DNA of 64,000 nucleotides from a virus. The stretch covers positions 1 to 64,000 of IMG/VR virus record IMGVR_UViG_3300043270_000050, one strand, 5' to 3'. Below are positions 54,847-63,947 of this stretch, piece by piece. A model generated the notes under the pieces. It did no database searches, had not been told where the DNA came from, and worked only from the letters and a program-made list of their open reading frames with translations. Positions within the stretch are counted from its first letter, which is position 1, and every line of letters starts with the position of its first letter. A program made the translations under genes and the position numbers.

Positions 54847-55083
54847 TCAAAACGGCGTGGCAGACCGCTGTCTGAACACGCAATCAGGACACAGCACCTT
54901 CTCGTCTTTCATGGTCGGGACGAGCCCTGTCCCCTCTTCGTTTCGCTGCAGAACCCAGCCCTTCGGTACCACAAAGGGGAGCACGCTCGTCTTCGCCCCA
55001 CAGCCACATTTCCACGGAACTCTCACTGGTTTCGGCCGGATCTCCCCCTCGACCGCGACCTTCGCGCCCTCACGTCCCCCCAT
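54847..55083 (-). CDS. hypothetical Cys-containing protein (78 aa)
   Basis: CGCG...CPDC pairs. Confidence 0.4.
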   Translation of the reverse strand: MGGREGAKVAVEGEIRPKPVRVPWKCGCGAKTSVLPFVVPKGWVLQRNEEGTGLVPTMKDEKVLCPDCVFRQRSATPF

Positions 55084-55447
55084 GTGCCGCCCCTTTGCTC
55101 TTTGAATCTACGCCGCCATCTTCACGACCTGAATATCCGCCGCCCCTGCAGCAGCGAGCGCCTTGGCGAAGTCACTCGCCACCGAGCTCTTGTCGAAGTC
55201 CCAACTCTTCGCAACCCCCGAGGCGTCCTTCCACGTGACGCGCACCGGCGACTCACCTCTTCGTCGAGGACAACAGGCTTGAAGGCTGCAAAACCCAGCC
55301 CGCCCCACAGCGCCAGCTTCCACATGCGCTCTACGGTACCATCGCCCACCCTTAGGGTAGGGGGCAAAAGTTCGGCGGCCGACAGGAGCTCTCCCGCCCG
55401 TCGACCGCCGAGACTGCCCTGCGCGCACGTCTCACACGCACGCCGCA

Positions 55448-55996
55448 TCACGGCATAGCATGAAACGTGTAGAAGATGTTCAAGGTCATCCCGCAGTCCA
55501 CGGGCCGCATGTTTCGACCCGGTGTATCCATGGTTCCGCCCCAGTGCCATGCCCTGCCCTCGCAAGGATCGCGCACTCGCCCCGCCCCCCAAGCTCGCGC
55601 AAAGTCGATCGTTCGCCGCCACAGCGGCGCGTAGTTCGACCACAAGACGTCGTCCGGCCAGCCCTCGGGCTCGGCGCCGTCCAAGGTCAACGTGCGCACC
55701 CACTCCGATCGCTTCGTTCGAATCTCTTCTCCGCGTAAACCGGCGCAGTACGCGCGCACTTGATCCACGAAGGTCCATCGAGGGTCTTTTTCATATCGAC
55801 TCTCCCATTGACGTTTCAACGTCCAAGCGATGGCGGCGTGGTCTATGGGAGACCAATCCGCCTCCGAGACCATCGCGCGCGCGAGCCACACAACGGCCTC
55901 GTCTGTCCACTGATCTTCCGGCAAAAGCGGCGTTTCGGCGCGTGTCGTGGCTGGGACGATCAGGAGCAAAACCCCCAATATGATTGTCCTTTTCAT
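55448..55996 (-). CDS. secreted protein, possibly a second cell-wall hydrolase (182 aa)
   Basis: GGAGGTGAG before ATG 55996. Signal peptide MKRTIILGVLLLIVPATTRA. WLARAMVSEADW resembles the SleB-type motif. Confidence 0.5.
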   Translation of the reverse strand: MKRTIILGVLLLIVPATTRAETPLLPEDQWTDEAVVWLARAMVSEADWSPIDHAAIAWTLKRQWESRYEKDPRWTFVDQVRAYCAGLRGEEIRTKRSEWVRTLTLDGAEPEGWPDDVLWSNYAPLWRRTIDFARAWGAGRVRDPCEGRAWHWGGTMDTPGRNMRPVDCGMTLNIFYTFHAMP

Positions 55997-56270
55997 CTCA
56001 CCTCCGTAGAAAGATGAAAGGACTATAGTGGTCCTTGCAGAACGACACCACTGCCTGTAGGGGTGCTGTATTTCCGCTTGACCTTCATCCGCCCACAAGG
56101 CACTAACGGCGGCAGTAGGGAGGCGAGACCGCGAGATTGACCGCGGTCCCACCGGGGGCGAAGTGTCCAAAGCACTTCTCGCTCCTCGGGGTCGCCCCGC
56201 AAAAAAGGCGCGCTTCGAAGGAGTTGAATGTGTTCGTAACCCGCGAGGATGCCGAGCGCAAGGATTTTCA

Positions 56271-58496
56271 ATGAGTTACATCAACCAAAACTCAACGTTT
56301 CAGTGGGCCCAATACTACGCAGCTCATTGGCGTGCGATTCCTATTTTGCTCCACTACGTTGCGGACTGGGTATCCACATGGGATGCAGACGCGCAACAAC
56401 ACATCCGAAAACCCGTCTGCTCCTGTAAACAAGGCGTCTCGTGCGCGCAGCCCGGTAAACATCCCTTCCTGGGCTGGCGGATGCGCCCGATGGATACCCC
56501 CGAAGAAGGCTTGAACGCCGTCGCAGATCTCATCGCCCGTCACCCGCGCGCCGCTCTCGCGCTACGCACCGGCCCCGAGAGCGGCCTCTTGGTGGTGGAT
56601 GTCGATATCAAGCCAAACAAACGAGGAGATCTTGCGCTTCTCGAGGGCCTCGCCAAACACAACATCGAGCCCTACTACATCAAGTCGACCCTCACCCAAT
56701 ACACCGGAGGAGGGGGCCTTCACTACATCTTCAAGTACCCGAAAAAATACACTATTCCGACTATCTCCAACCACCCCCTTTTTTCGGAAGGCGGGGTCGA
56801 CATCAAGGGGGTGAGCGGCATATTCAACGTGCACCCCTCCCTGCACAAGAGCGGCAACTACTACGCCTTTGATGGATCCCCCGCGGTCGAGCGCATCCTC
56901 GAGGCGCCAGACGAACTCGTTCAGCTCCTCGCAAAACAAGACCGCTACGAAGGAGCTCCCGACCTCGTAGAAGCCTACACACCGACTTTCCACGAGCTGA
57001 AAGACCTCGCCGCCTCCCTCAAGACCAAACGCGCCGACTCCATCCTCAAAGAGATAGGCGCCGAATTTGAAAAAGCCCTCAACGGAGAGCCCGTTTTCCT
57101 AAACAGCTCCGCCCATGACGGCTTCGTGAAGATCATGTACCAAGTTGCACAGAAATGGCCTCTGTGCGACACAGACACGATCCTCGACATGTTCCGCCCG
57201 TGCATCGATGCTCGCATGGAGAAAAAAGCGGACGCATCAACGAATCTATCGAACCTGCGAGACGCGCTCGACTCTGCAAAGAAAAAAGCGCAAGAAGATC
57301 TAGCCCGCTGGACCGCAAAACTATTGCGCAATGAAAACGGGAAGATCGTCGCGTGCCTCGCCAATTGCGACCTGTTCTTGAAGAACGACCCTTTCAAAGA
57401 CGCGTTCTTACACGAAGCCCGTTTCGGGGTCCCCAGCCTGAAGACCGACATCCCGAATCTATTCAGTGGCGCCCCAAGGATTTTGAACGACAGCGACATC
57501 ACAAATCTCACGATAGCCCTGCAAAACAAGCACAAGATACCCACCCTAAAAACAACCGAGGTGTCGCAAGCCTTGGAGGCCGTAGCGCGGACCTGCGGCG
57601 AGACCGACATGTTCAGGGAGTGGATTCTGAATGTCCCGCTATGGGATAGAGTGCCGCGACTCTATACGTTCATGCAACAGGTCGCAGGGACCCCGGATGA
57701 CGAGTGGATTCGCACCATCTTCCCTATCTGGTTTCGCGGCGCCGTGCGGCGGTTTTTAGAGCCTGGATACAAGCAAGACACCATGCTCATCCTCGAAGGC
57801 GATCAAGGCTTTCAAAAGAGCTCTTTCTTCAAAGCCCTTCTCCCCTACGACTACCTCTTCAGCGACTCTATCCAGAGGCTCGTTCTCGACGAGGCGAACT
57901 TGCGCCTCTTGCACTCGGGCCCGGCCATCTTCGAAATCAGCGAGCTCGCCGCCTTCTCTCGCAGCTCTCGCGAAGACCTCAAAGCGTTTCTATCCGCCAC
58001 CCATGACTCGGTACGCCCCCTCTATCATCAATCCCGCATCGCGCCCCGTCGATTTATCTTGGTGGGCTCCACCAATGAAGATGAATACCTCGACGACGCG
58101 ACGGGTAACCGCCGCTTTCTTCCGGTGAAGGTCACCCGGCCCATTGACACGGCCTTCGTTCGAACATGGAAGGAACAACTTTACGCCGAGGCCCAAGCGG
58201 GTCTCCTCGCGGGCTTCCCCGACTACATCACCTACGAGATCTTCCAGCGCTTCCAGCAGGTGCAGAAGTCGAGGGAATATGGAAGCTCTTGGCTTGAGAT
58301 CATCCGGGACCACCTCGACGACCCCGCCCGCCCCGTCGAGGAGATCTCGGTCCGGGCCCTCCTCACGAACGTCCTTGGCCTCGAGGAGCGGGACCTCACC
58401 CGCCGCCGAGAGATGGACGTCGCGGACTGCCTGAAGAAGCTCGGGTGGCACAAGAGCCAGGATCGGAACGGTCGCAAGATCTGGAGGAGATCATGA
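56271..58496 (+). CDS. bifunctional primase-polymerase (AEP) fused to a VirE/D5-like helicase domain (741 aa)
   Basis: GKHPF, VVDVD, TGGGGLHYIF and GVDIKG...PSLHKSGNYY are Prim-Pol motifs. The C-terminal LILEGDQGFQKSSFFKAL is a deviant P-loop of the VirE type. Confidence 0.8.
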   Translation: MSYINQNSTFQWAQYYAAHWRAIPILLHYVADWVSTWDADAQQHIRKPVCSCKQGVSCAQPGKHPFLGWRMRPMDTPEEGLNAVADLIARHPRAALALRTGPESGLLVVDVDIKPNKRGDLALLEGLAKHNIEPYYIKSTLTQYTGGGGLHYIFKYPKKYTIPTISNHPLFSEGGVDIKGVSGIFNVHPSLHKSGNYYAFDGSPAVERILEAPDELVQLLAKQDRYEGAPDLVEAYTPTFHELKDLAASLKTKRADSILKEIGAEFEKALNGEPVFLNSSAHDGFVKIMYQVAQKWPLCDTDTILDMFRPCIDARMEKKADASTNLSNLRDALDSAKKKAQEDLARWTAKLLRNENGKIVACLANCDLFLKNDPFKDAFLHEARFGVPSLKTDIPNLFSGAPRILNDSDITNLTIALQNKHKIPTLKTTEVSQALEAVARTCGETDMFREWILNVPLWDRVPRLYTFMQQVAGTPDDEWIRTIFPIWFRGAVRRFLEPGYKQDTMLILEGDQGFQKSSFFKALLPYDYLFSDSIQRLVLDEANLRLLHSGPAIFEISELAAFSRSSREDLKAFLSATHDSVRPLYHQSRIAPRRFILVGSTNEDEYLDDATGNRRFLPVKVTRPIDTAFVRTWKEQLYAEAQAGLLAGFPDYITYEIFQRFQQVQKSREYGSSWLEIIRDHLDDPARPVEEISVRALLTNVLGLEERDLTRRREMDVADCLKKLGWHKSQDRNGRKIWRRS

Positions 58497-58504
58497 CTGC
58501 CACC

Positions 58505-58894
58505 CCCTCGCAGCCGGGTCCCTCGCAGCCAGCCACCCCCTCGCAGCGGACCCTCGCAGCCAGATACCCCCCTCGATTTTTGCTCCAGAAAATCCCTTTT
58601 TCGGAGCAGAAAATACGTATCAGGGAAAATACGTGTGCACGGTGCGCATTTTTCGCCCCGAAAACGCCACGCGCGCAGCGAAAAATGACAGCTACGAAAG
58701 CTACCTCTAGCTACCGATCAGCTACCAGGTAGCTGTCACCCTAAAAATGCGAATTCATTGAGAGATCTTTTATTTTGATCTCTTTACAGCTACCTAAGAG
58801 CTCCAAAAGAGTTCTAGCGGAGAGAAGAGATCCCCCAAGAGTGCCCCAGCAGAAGAGGTCTTGGAAACAGGGGGGTAGGTAGCTGTTGGTAGCT
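58505..58894. promoter_or_regulatory. Putative replication origin: two iteron sets plus an AT-rich palindrome with clustered GATC sites
   Basis: CCCTCGCAGC x4 (58505, 58520, 58538, 58551). AGCTACC/GGTAGCT x8 (58690, 58699, 58709, 58720, 58728inv, 58788, 58878inv, 58888inv). AGAGATC-T4AT4-GATCTCT at 58761-58783. Confidence 0.6.
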
Positions 58895-58929
58895 GTCCCT
58901 AACCCCCCAGCTCATGAGGAGCTCAGAGT

Positions 58930-60402
58930 ATGCAGACAGCGATCAGGACAGCACCCGCCCCTCCTAGGCCATTCGGCCCCAGGGCCTTGCGAGAAGGCGC
59001 GCGCGAGGGGGGTAGCTACCCCACCCTAGTCCACGGCTCCGGAGACGTTCTGAGGGCTTTGGGGGTCTCCGTCGGATTTCAGCGCCCGCTCCTGAGTGCC
59101 TCCCAGCTGAACACCTTCCGGGACTGCCAGCGGCGTTGGGCCTTCGAGTACGTCTGGCAGCTCCCGCGGGAGGCGAACGAGGCGGCCCTGCTCGGACGAG
59201 CAGTACATGACTTGCTCGAGAGGTGGTCCCGGCACGGAACGCCTCCGGACCGATCGACTCGGGAGGGGCTCATCGCGCTCAAGATGCTCAAGGGTCTTCC
59301 GCCCCCAGGGGTCGGCGAGCCTGAGCGACAGTTTTATCTGACGACTCCTCGACACGCGTATGTCGGCTTCATCGATCTTGTCTACTGGTCGAGTGAGCTC
59401 GGCGCGGTGATCGTCGACCACAAGACGACGAGCGACCTGAAGTGGGCGAAGACAGCCGAGATTTTATCGACGGATGCGCAAGCTCTGATTTATGCCGCCG
59501 CGGCGTGTGTCGCTTTTCGCGTTGACGAAGTCAATCTGTTCTGGAATTACGGCACCACCGGGTCTAAACCTCGAACCCTCGAAGTTCATACCAAGCTCCG
59601 GCTTCCGCAGATTAGAAAAGGCTTCGAGAGTATCGAACGGGACGCAGATACGATTGTCGAACTGCAGCAAAAGCGGGTTCATCCGTTTTCGTTGCCGCCG
59701 ACGGTCGACAGCTGTGAAAAGTACGGCGGGTGTCCGCATCGCGAACGGTGCGCGCTCACCTTAGAAGAGAAAGTGAAGGCAATGATGACTCAAGATCAAG
59801 CGCGCGCGAATGGGCTTCTCGGGATGGTGGGGCAGCTCGACGCGTATCAACAAGGCGCGCAGCCGCAGCAACCTCAGCAGCCGCCGGGGTACTCCCAGCA
59901 GGTTTATTACCCCCCGCAGCAACAGCAGTTTGACTATCCATCGCAACCACAACAGCCGCAGTACGCGCCGCAGGCTCAACCACAATACGTGCAGCCCCAA
60001 CAGTCGCAATACGCGCCGCAGTATGCACCGCCTCAGCAGCCGCAGTATGCGCCGCCCCTTCAACAACAGTACGCGCCGCAGCAAAACGCGTCGCAACCTC
60101 AGCAAGAATTGGAAGCTCCGCGTAGACCTTCCGCGCGTTATCAAGGTCCAAGCTCACCCCCGAACGCTCCGGAGGCGCAGGTCCAGCACAACGTGACGGA
60201 GCAGCAACAGGCTCAAGAAAACGAGCGAAAGCGGGGCCGGCCGCGCAAGACGACGAAAGCCGAGCTCAGTGTCGAGCAACACGCGTTTCTTGCGGGGGTT
60301 TCTGCAGGAATCATGCGCGGCGCGACGCAACCTTCCGACCTTCGCGCGCTTGGACGCGCGGCGCTCGCGGCGTTCCTCGAAGAATTCCCTCACGAGGGTT
60401 GA
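58930..60402 (+). CDS. PD-(D/E)XK (Cas4/RecB-like) nuclease with Q/P/Y-rich low-complexity C-terminal half and AT-hook (490 aa)
   Basis: GAGGAG SD. LSASQLNTFRDCQRRW, GFIDLVY, VIVDHKTTS, QALIYA and CEKYGGCPHRERC (Fe-S type Cys set). KRGRPRKT is an AT-hook. Confidence 0.75.
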   Translation: MQTAIRTAPAPPRPFGPRALREGAREGGSYPTLVHGSGDVLRALGVSVGFQRPLLSASQLNTFRDCQRRWAFEYVWQLPREANEAALLGRAVHDLLERWSRHGTPPDRSTREGLIALKMLKGLPPPGVGEPERQFYLTTPRHAYVGFIDLVYWSSELGAVIVDHKTTSDLKWAKTAEILSTDAQALIYAAAACVAFRVDEVNLFWNYGTTGSKPRTLEVHTKLRLPQIRKGFESIERDADTIVELQQKRVHPFSLPPTVDSCEKYGGCPHRERCALTLEEKVKAMMTQDQARANGLLGMVGQLDAYQQGAQPQQPQQPPGYSQQVYYPPQQQQFDYPSQPQQPQYAPQAQPQYVQPQQSQYAPQYAPPQQPQYAPPLQQQYAPQQNASQPQQELEAPRRPSARYQGPSSPPNAPEAQVQHNVTEQQQAQENERKRGRPRKTTKAELSVEQHAFLAGVSAGIMRGATQPSDLRALGRAALAAFLEEFPHEG

Positions 60403-60408
60403 GAGGTC

Positions 60409-62919
60409 ATGCAGCAGGTAGCTTATTCAAACGGGAAGGTCATTGAAGATACAGGGGAGTTTAGGCGGGTTGACGAGCTTCCGTGGCTCGATTGGCACGC
60501 GCATGTAACGCACAATGACGGCTACCTGCGCCTAACGACCGCGCTCAAGACCCCTTATGGAACGATGGCGCTTCGGCCGATCCAGGCCGCGGCGCTCGCG
60601 TACCTGCACGACTACGGGGGCGCGTTCTGTCCGATTCCCGTAGGTCTCGGTAAAGCGCAGCCTGATACGGAGCCTGTTCTTCTTGAGAGAGGGTGGACCC
60701 CGATTGGACAGGTCCGCGTAGGCGACAGGATTTTTGGGTCGGACGGGAGGCTGCACAATGTGACGGGTGTGTTCCCTCAAGGGGTGCGTCCTGTCTACAA
60801 GGTGGAGTTTTCAGACGGGTCAAAGACTTATTGCGACGCGGAGCATCTTTGGACATTTATTGTCGATGGGGTGGAACACACGAAGACTCTTCGAGAGTGG
60901 TGTACTACGCCGGGGGCAATCATGCTCAAGTGCGTGAATGTCTTCATTGAAAAAGACGTTTCTGTCAAGCAGCGCTATGGTGTTACGTTGTATCGAGTCT
61001 TGAAGGATTTGGATATACATCTAGAGGCGTTTAGGTATCTCATAGCCTGTGGGTCTAGTCGTCAACGACATCATTTGATGGGACGAGTTTTGGGGGTTTA
61101 TGGAAAAACAACGTTTACCCCCGCCTTCGACGAGCGTTTGAGCTTCGAGCCGACATGCGCTCGATTCCATCCCTATATTATCCAACTAGTGCGTAGTCTA
61201 GGGGGGATTACATGGTATGTTGACAAGAGTCTTTATTTTTCATACCCCGGATCCGGGGCGTTGAAAATGCACCCAGAATACCACGGGGTGGATACTTTCT
61301 ATAAAAGGCTCGTCAAAGTCTCCTATTACGAAGATGCCCCCTGCACCTGCATTTCCGTGGACGCACCAGATCAGCTGTACGTGACGCGAGATTACATCCT
61401 CACACACAACACGCTTATCACCTTCCTCGCCCCTCGTATCGCAGTCGCGGAACGCCCCGCACTATTCATCCCAGCCGAGCTCCGCGAGAAGACTTGGCGG
61501 GACTTCCAAATGTTGTACAGACATTGGTTTGGACCGACCATCTTTATGCGACGAAAGAGCTTCGACGAAGCTGTTTTCAACTACCAGGAACTCTCCCGCG
61601 AGTCGGGTCAGAAGCGATTGCTCGAGTACAAGCCGGATCTCATCGTCGCAGACGAGGCGCAGGCGCTCAAAAACAGGGACGCGTCGTGCACGAAGGCCGT
61701 CGAGAAGTTCATGCACGCGTATTTTCAAACGAAGTTCGTCGCGCTCACCGGCACACCGACGATGCGCTCACCGATGGACTACTGGCATATCATGTTTTGG
61801 TGTCTTCGGCATTATATGCCGATGCCTCGCGTCGAGAGGGAGGCGGAGCAGTGGTCTAACTCGGTTAGGGAGTCGAAAGAGATCTCGGTGAACCGGCCAA
61901 ATGCGCGCATTTTTAGGAAATGGCTCACCCCGTGGGAGGAAAGTCAAGAGTATTTTCGGGAGAGGTTAGAGGGGGATCTCCGTGTGACGCGGAAGGCCTT
62001 CGGGAACCGCTTTTCTTCGGCTCCGGGGGTCGTCGCGGCCCCCGAAGGGTCGTTGTCATGTGACACTCCATTGTACATTCGACGCCTTCAGTGGGATCCC
62101 GGAACACAGGCGCGTCGATGGATTGATTATGTAAACGCTACGCAACGCTCCCCCAACGGGGTCGAGCTTCAGACGCCGATGGATATTTGGCGTATTGAAC
62201 GTGAGCTCGCAAGTGGGTTTTGGTACCGCTGGGATCCTCAACCTCCGGAGTGGTGGCTAGAGCCTCGTAGGACCTACGGGTGGTTTGTCCGGAACATCCT
62301 CTTTCGCGACGGAGCGCTGTATTCACAGTTTTTGTATTTGAATGTGAATAGTCCTGCTCAGCTCGCGAAGGCAATCGTGGATGGAAAAGTCCACGATTTG
62401 AGCCTGAAAAGGGCCTATCAGGCGTGGATCGACGTCAAAGAAAAGTACGTCCACGAGTCTATCGGGGAGTGGATCGATGACGGTGTCCTTCGCGCAGCGG
62501 CGGACTGGCTCGAGCGCGAGAAGGGCATCGTATGGACCGAGCACAAGGCGTTCGGCGAAAAACTGTCGAAAATCACGGGCATCGGATTTTGTTCAGACGG
62601 CGGCCTTGACGACAAGGGGGTTCTGATCGATGACTACGCCGGGCGGCCCGTCATCGCGAGCGTGAAGGCCAACCACAAGGGGCGCAATCTTCAAGCTTGG
62701 AACAAGAACCTCGGGGTGACGTTTCCACCGAACGGCGCCATCGTAGAGCAGCTGATCGGGCGAACACATCGTCCCGGTCAGACGCGCCCGGTCTATTTCG
62801 ACTGGGTCTGTGCCTGCGGGGCGCAACAGGCGGGCTTCATTCAGCTCCTTGCGGATGCGAAGTACATCGAGGACTCGACGACTCAAAAGCAGAAGTTGAA
62901 CTACGCAGAAAAAAGATAG
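60409..62919 (+). CDS. SNF2-family helicase interrupted by an intein (836 aa precursor)
   Basis: Motif I is split as PVGLGK / TLITFLAP. Motif II LIVADEAQALKN. Motif VI LIGRTHRPGQTRPV. Confidence 0.8.
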   Translation: MQQVAYSNGKVIEDTGEFRRVDELPWLDWHAHVTHNDGYLRLTTALKTPYGTMALRPIQAAALAYLHDYGGAFCPIPVGLGKAQPDTEPVLLERGWTPIGQVRVGDRIFGSDGRLHNVTGVFPQGVRPVYKVEFSDGSKTYCDAEHLWTFIVDGVEHTKTLREWCTTPGAIMLKCVNVFIEKDVSVKQRYGVTLYRVLKDLDIHLEAFRYLIACGSSRQRHHLMGRVLGVYGKTTFTPAFDERLSFEPTCARFHPYIIQLVRSLGGITWYVDKSLYFSYPGSGALKMHPEYHGVDTFYKRLVKVSYYEDAPCTCISVDAPDQLYVTRDYILTHNTLITFLAPRIAVAERPALFIPAELREKTWRDFQMLYRHWFGPTIFMRRKSFDEAVFNYQELSRESGQKRLLEYKPDLIVADEAQALKNRDASCTKAVEKFMHAYFQTKFVALTGTPTMRSPMDYWHIMFWCLRHYMPMPRVEREAEQWSNSVRESKEISVNRPNARIFRKWLTPWEESQEYFRERLEGDLRVTRKAFGNRFSSAPGVVAAPEGSLSCDTPLYIRRLQWDPGTQARRWIDYVNATQRSPNGVELQTPMDIWRIERELASGFWYRWDPQPPEWWLEPRRTYGWFVRNILFRDGALYSQFLYLNVNSPAQLAKAIVDGKVHDLSLKRAYQAWIDVKEKYVHESIGEWIDDGVLRAAADWLEREKGIVWTEHKAFGEKLSKITGIGFCSDGGLDDKGVLIDDYAGRPVIASVKANHKGRNLQAWNKNLGVTFPPNGAIVEQLIGRTHRPGQTRPVYFDWVCACGAQQAGFIQLLADAKYIEDSTTQKQKLNYAEKR
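60655..61410 (+). mobile_element. Intein (252 aa) inserted in the SNF2 P-loop between GLGK and T
   Basis: Block A-like AQPDTEPVLLERGWTPIGQVRVGD, block B-like CDAEHLW, block F/G-like CTCISVDAPDQLYVTRDYILTHN followed by +1 Thr. The segment is visibly AT-richer. Removing it restores GLGKT. Confidence 0.7.
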
Positions 62920-62927
62920 GGTGAACA

Positions 62928-63923
62928 ATGAACAATCCGTATCAGTTTGGGCCGCCCATGGGCGCTCCGCAGTGGCAGCAGCCGCAACAACCGCAACAGC
63001 CCCAGCAACAGCCGCCTTGGCCGCAACAGCCGGGGCAGTACGGCCCCCCGCCCGGTCCTGCCGCCGGGATGCCGTCTTTCGGGGGGCAGATTCCATCTCC
63101 TCCGCAGAATGCGAACCCGTTTTTCAACTTGAACGGCGCCGATCCGACCGGCGGCAATCGCTATCCATTCCTTCAATCCGGCCATCACTTGCTCGAGATC
63201 GACAAGATTTCGATGATCGAATCGCGGCAGAAGAAAAAGCTGCTCTACATCATCGAGTGCACCCTGCTTGCGACGACGAGCCGCGATCCGTCGATGCAGG
63301 TCGGCGGAAAAAACTCCGCGATGATCGACATGTCGAACGTCGACACCCGTGATAGGCACGTGAAAAGACTCATTTGTGCGGTGCTCGGCTCCGATCCCTC
63401 GCTCGAGCAGCACAAAGGGACCGTTGCGCCCGACGGTCAACCTTGGGACGTGCACGCGGTTGCATCTATTGGTGCGACGCAACCTTGGCGGGGCAAGCGC
63501 GTGGGCTGCTACTCCCATAACATCGAGACGAAGTCGGGCGACGACTTCACCGTGAACGACTGGCTCCCCGAGGCCATGATCGTTCCCTATCTACAGGGTG
63601 TAGGTGCCCCCGGCCGCACGCAGCAGCCGCACCAGGGCGGCATCGGGGCGTCGGGCGCACCACTACAGCAGCCGGGAGCCCCCCAAGGGTATCCGGCGAA
63701 CGGCTATGGCGGACAGTCGGGACAGCCCGGCTACGTCCCGCAGCAGGGCTACGCGCCACCCCAAACCCCCCAAGGTCAGCCGCAATTCACCCCGCCGCAA
63801 GGTCCTCCGCAAGCTGCGCCCGCGCCACAGCCCGGTTATGGCGGCCCCCCGCAAGCTCAGCCGGCGCAGGGACAGCCGCAGCCTGGTTATGGCGGCCCTC
63901 CCGGTTGGCCGCAGTGGGGTTGA
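62928..63923 (+). CDS. protein with P/Q/G/Y-rich termini and a ~170-aa central globular domain (331 aa)
   Basis: Coherent ORF between the helicase and polymerase genes. Both termini are PQQP / GYGGP repeats. Confidence 0.6.
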   Translation: MNNPYQFGPPMGAPQWQQPQQPQQPQQQPPWPQQPGQYGPPPGPAAGMPSFGGQIPSPPQNANPFFNLNGADPTGGNRYPFLQSGHHLLEIDKISMIESRQKKKLLYIIECTLLATTSRDPSMQVGGKNSAMIDMSNVDTRDRHVKRLICAVLGSDPSLEQHKGTVAPDGQPWDVHAVASIGATQPWRGKRVGCYSHNIETKSGDDFTVNDWLPEAMIVPYLQGVGAPGRTQQPHQGGIGASGAPLQQPGAPQGYPANGYGGQSGQPGYVPQQGYAPPQTPQGQPQFTPPQGPPQAAPAPQPGYGGPPQAQPAQGQPQPGYGGPPGWPQWG

Positions 63924-63947
63924 CGCGCTGAAGCATCGGGGGGCGGG

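Noticed and set aside
55108-55428. 106-aa minus-strand ORF
   Set aside because: The N-terminal two-thirds are Arg/Gly-rich noise. Only the last ~45 aa (VTWKDASGVAKSWDFDKSS...) look protein-like and I could not place a start codon, so I did not annotate it.
58445-58732. Track ORF (95 aa), with an internal ATG at 58493 in an ATGA overlap with the primase-helicase stop
   Set aside because: Its sequence (PSQPGPSQPATPSQ...) is just the translation of the CCCTCGCAGC and AGCTACC iterons and the AT-rich stretch. I interpret the region as an origin, not as coding.
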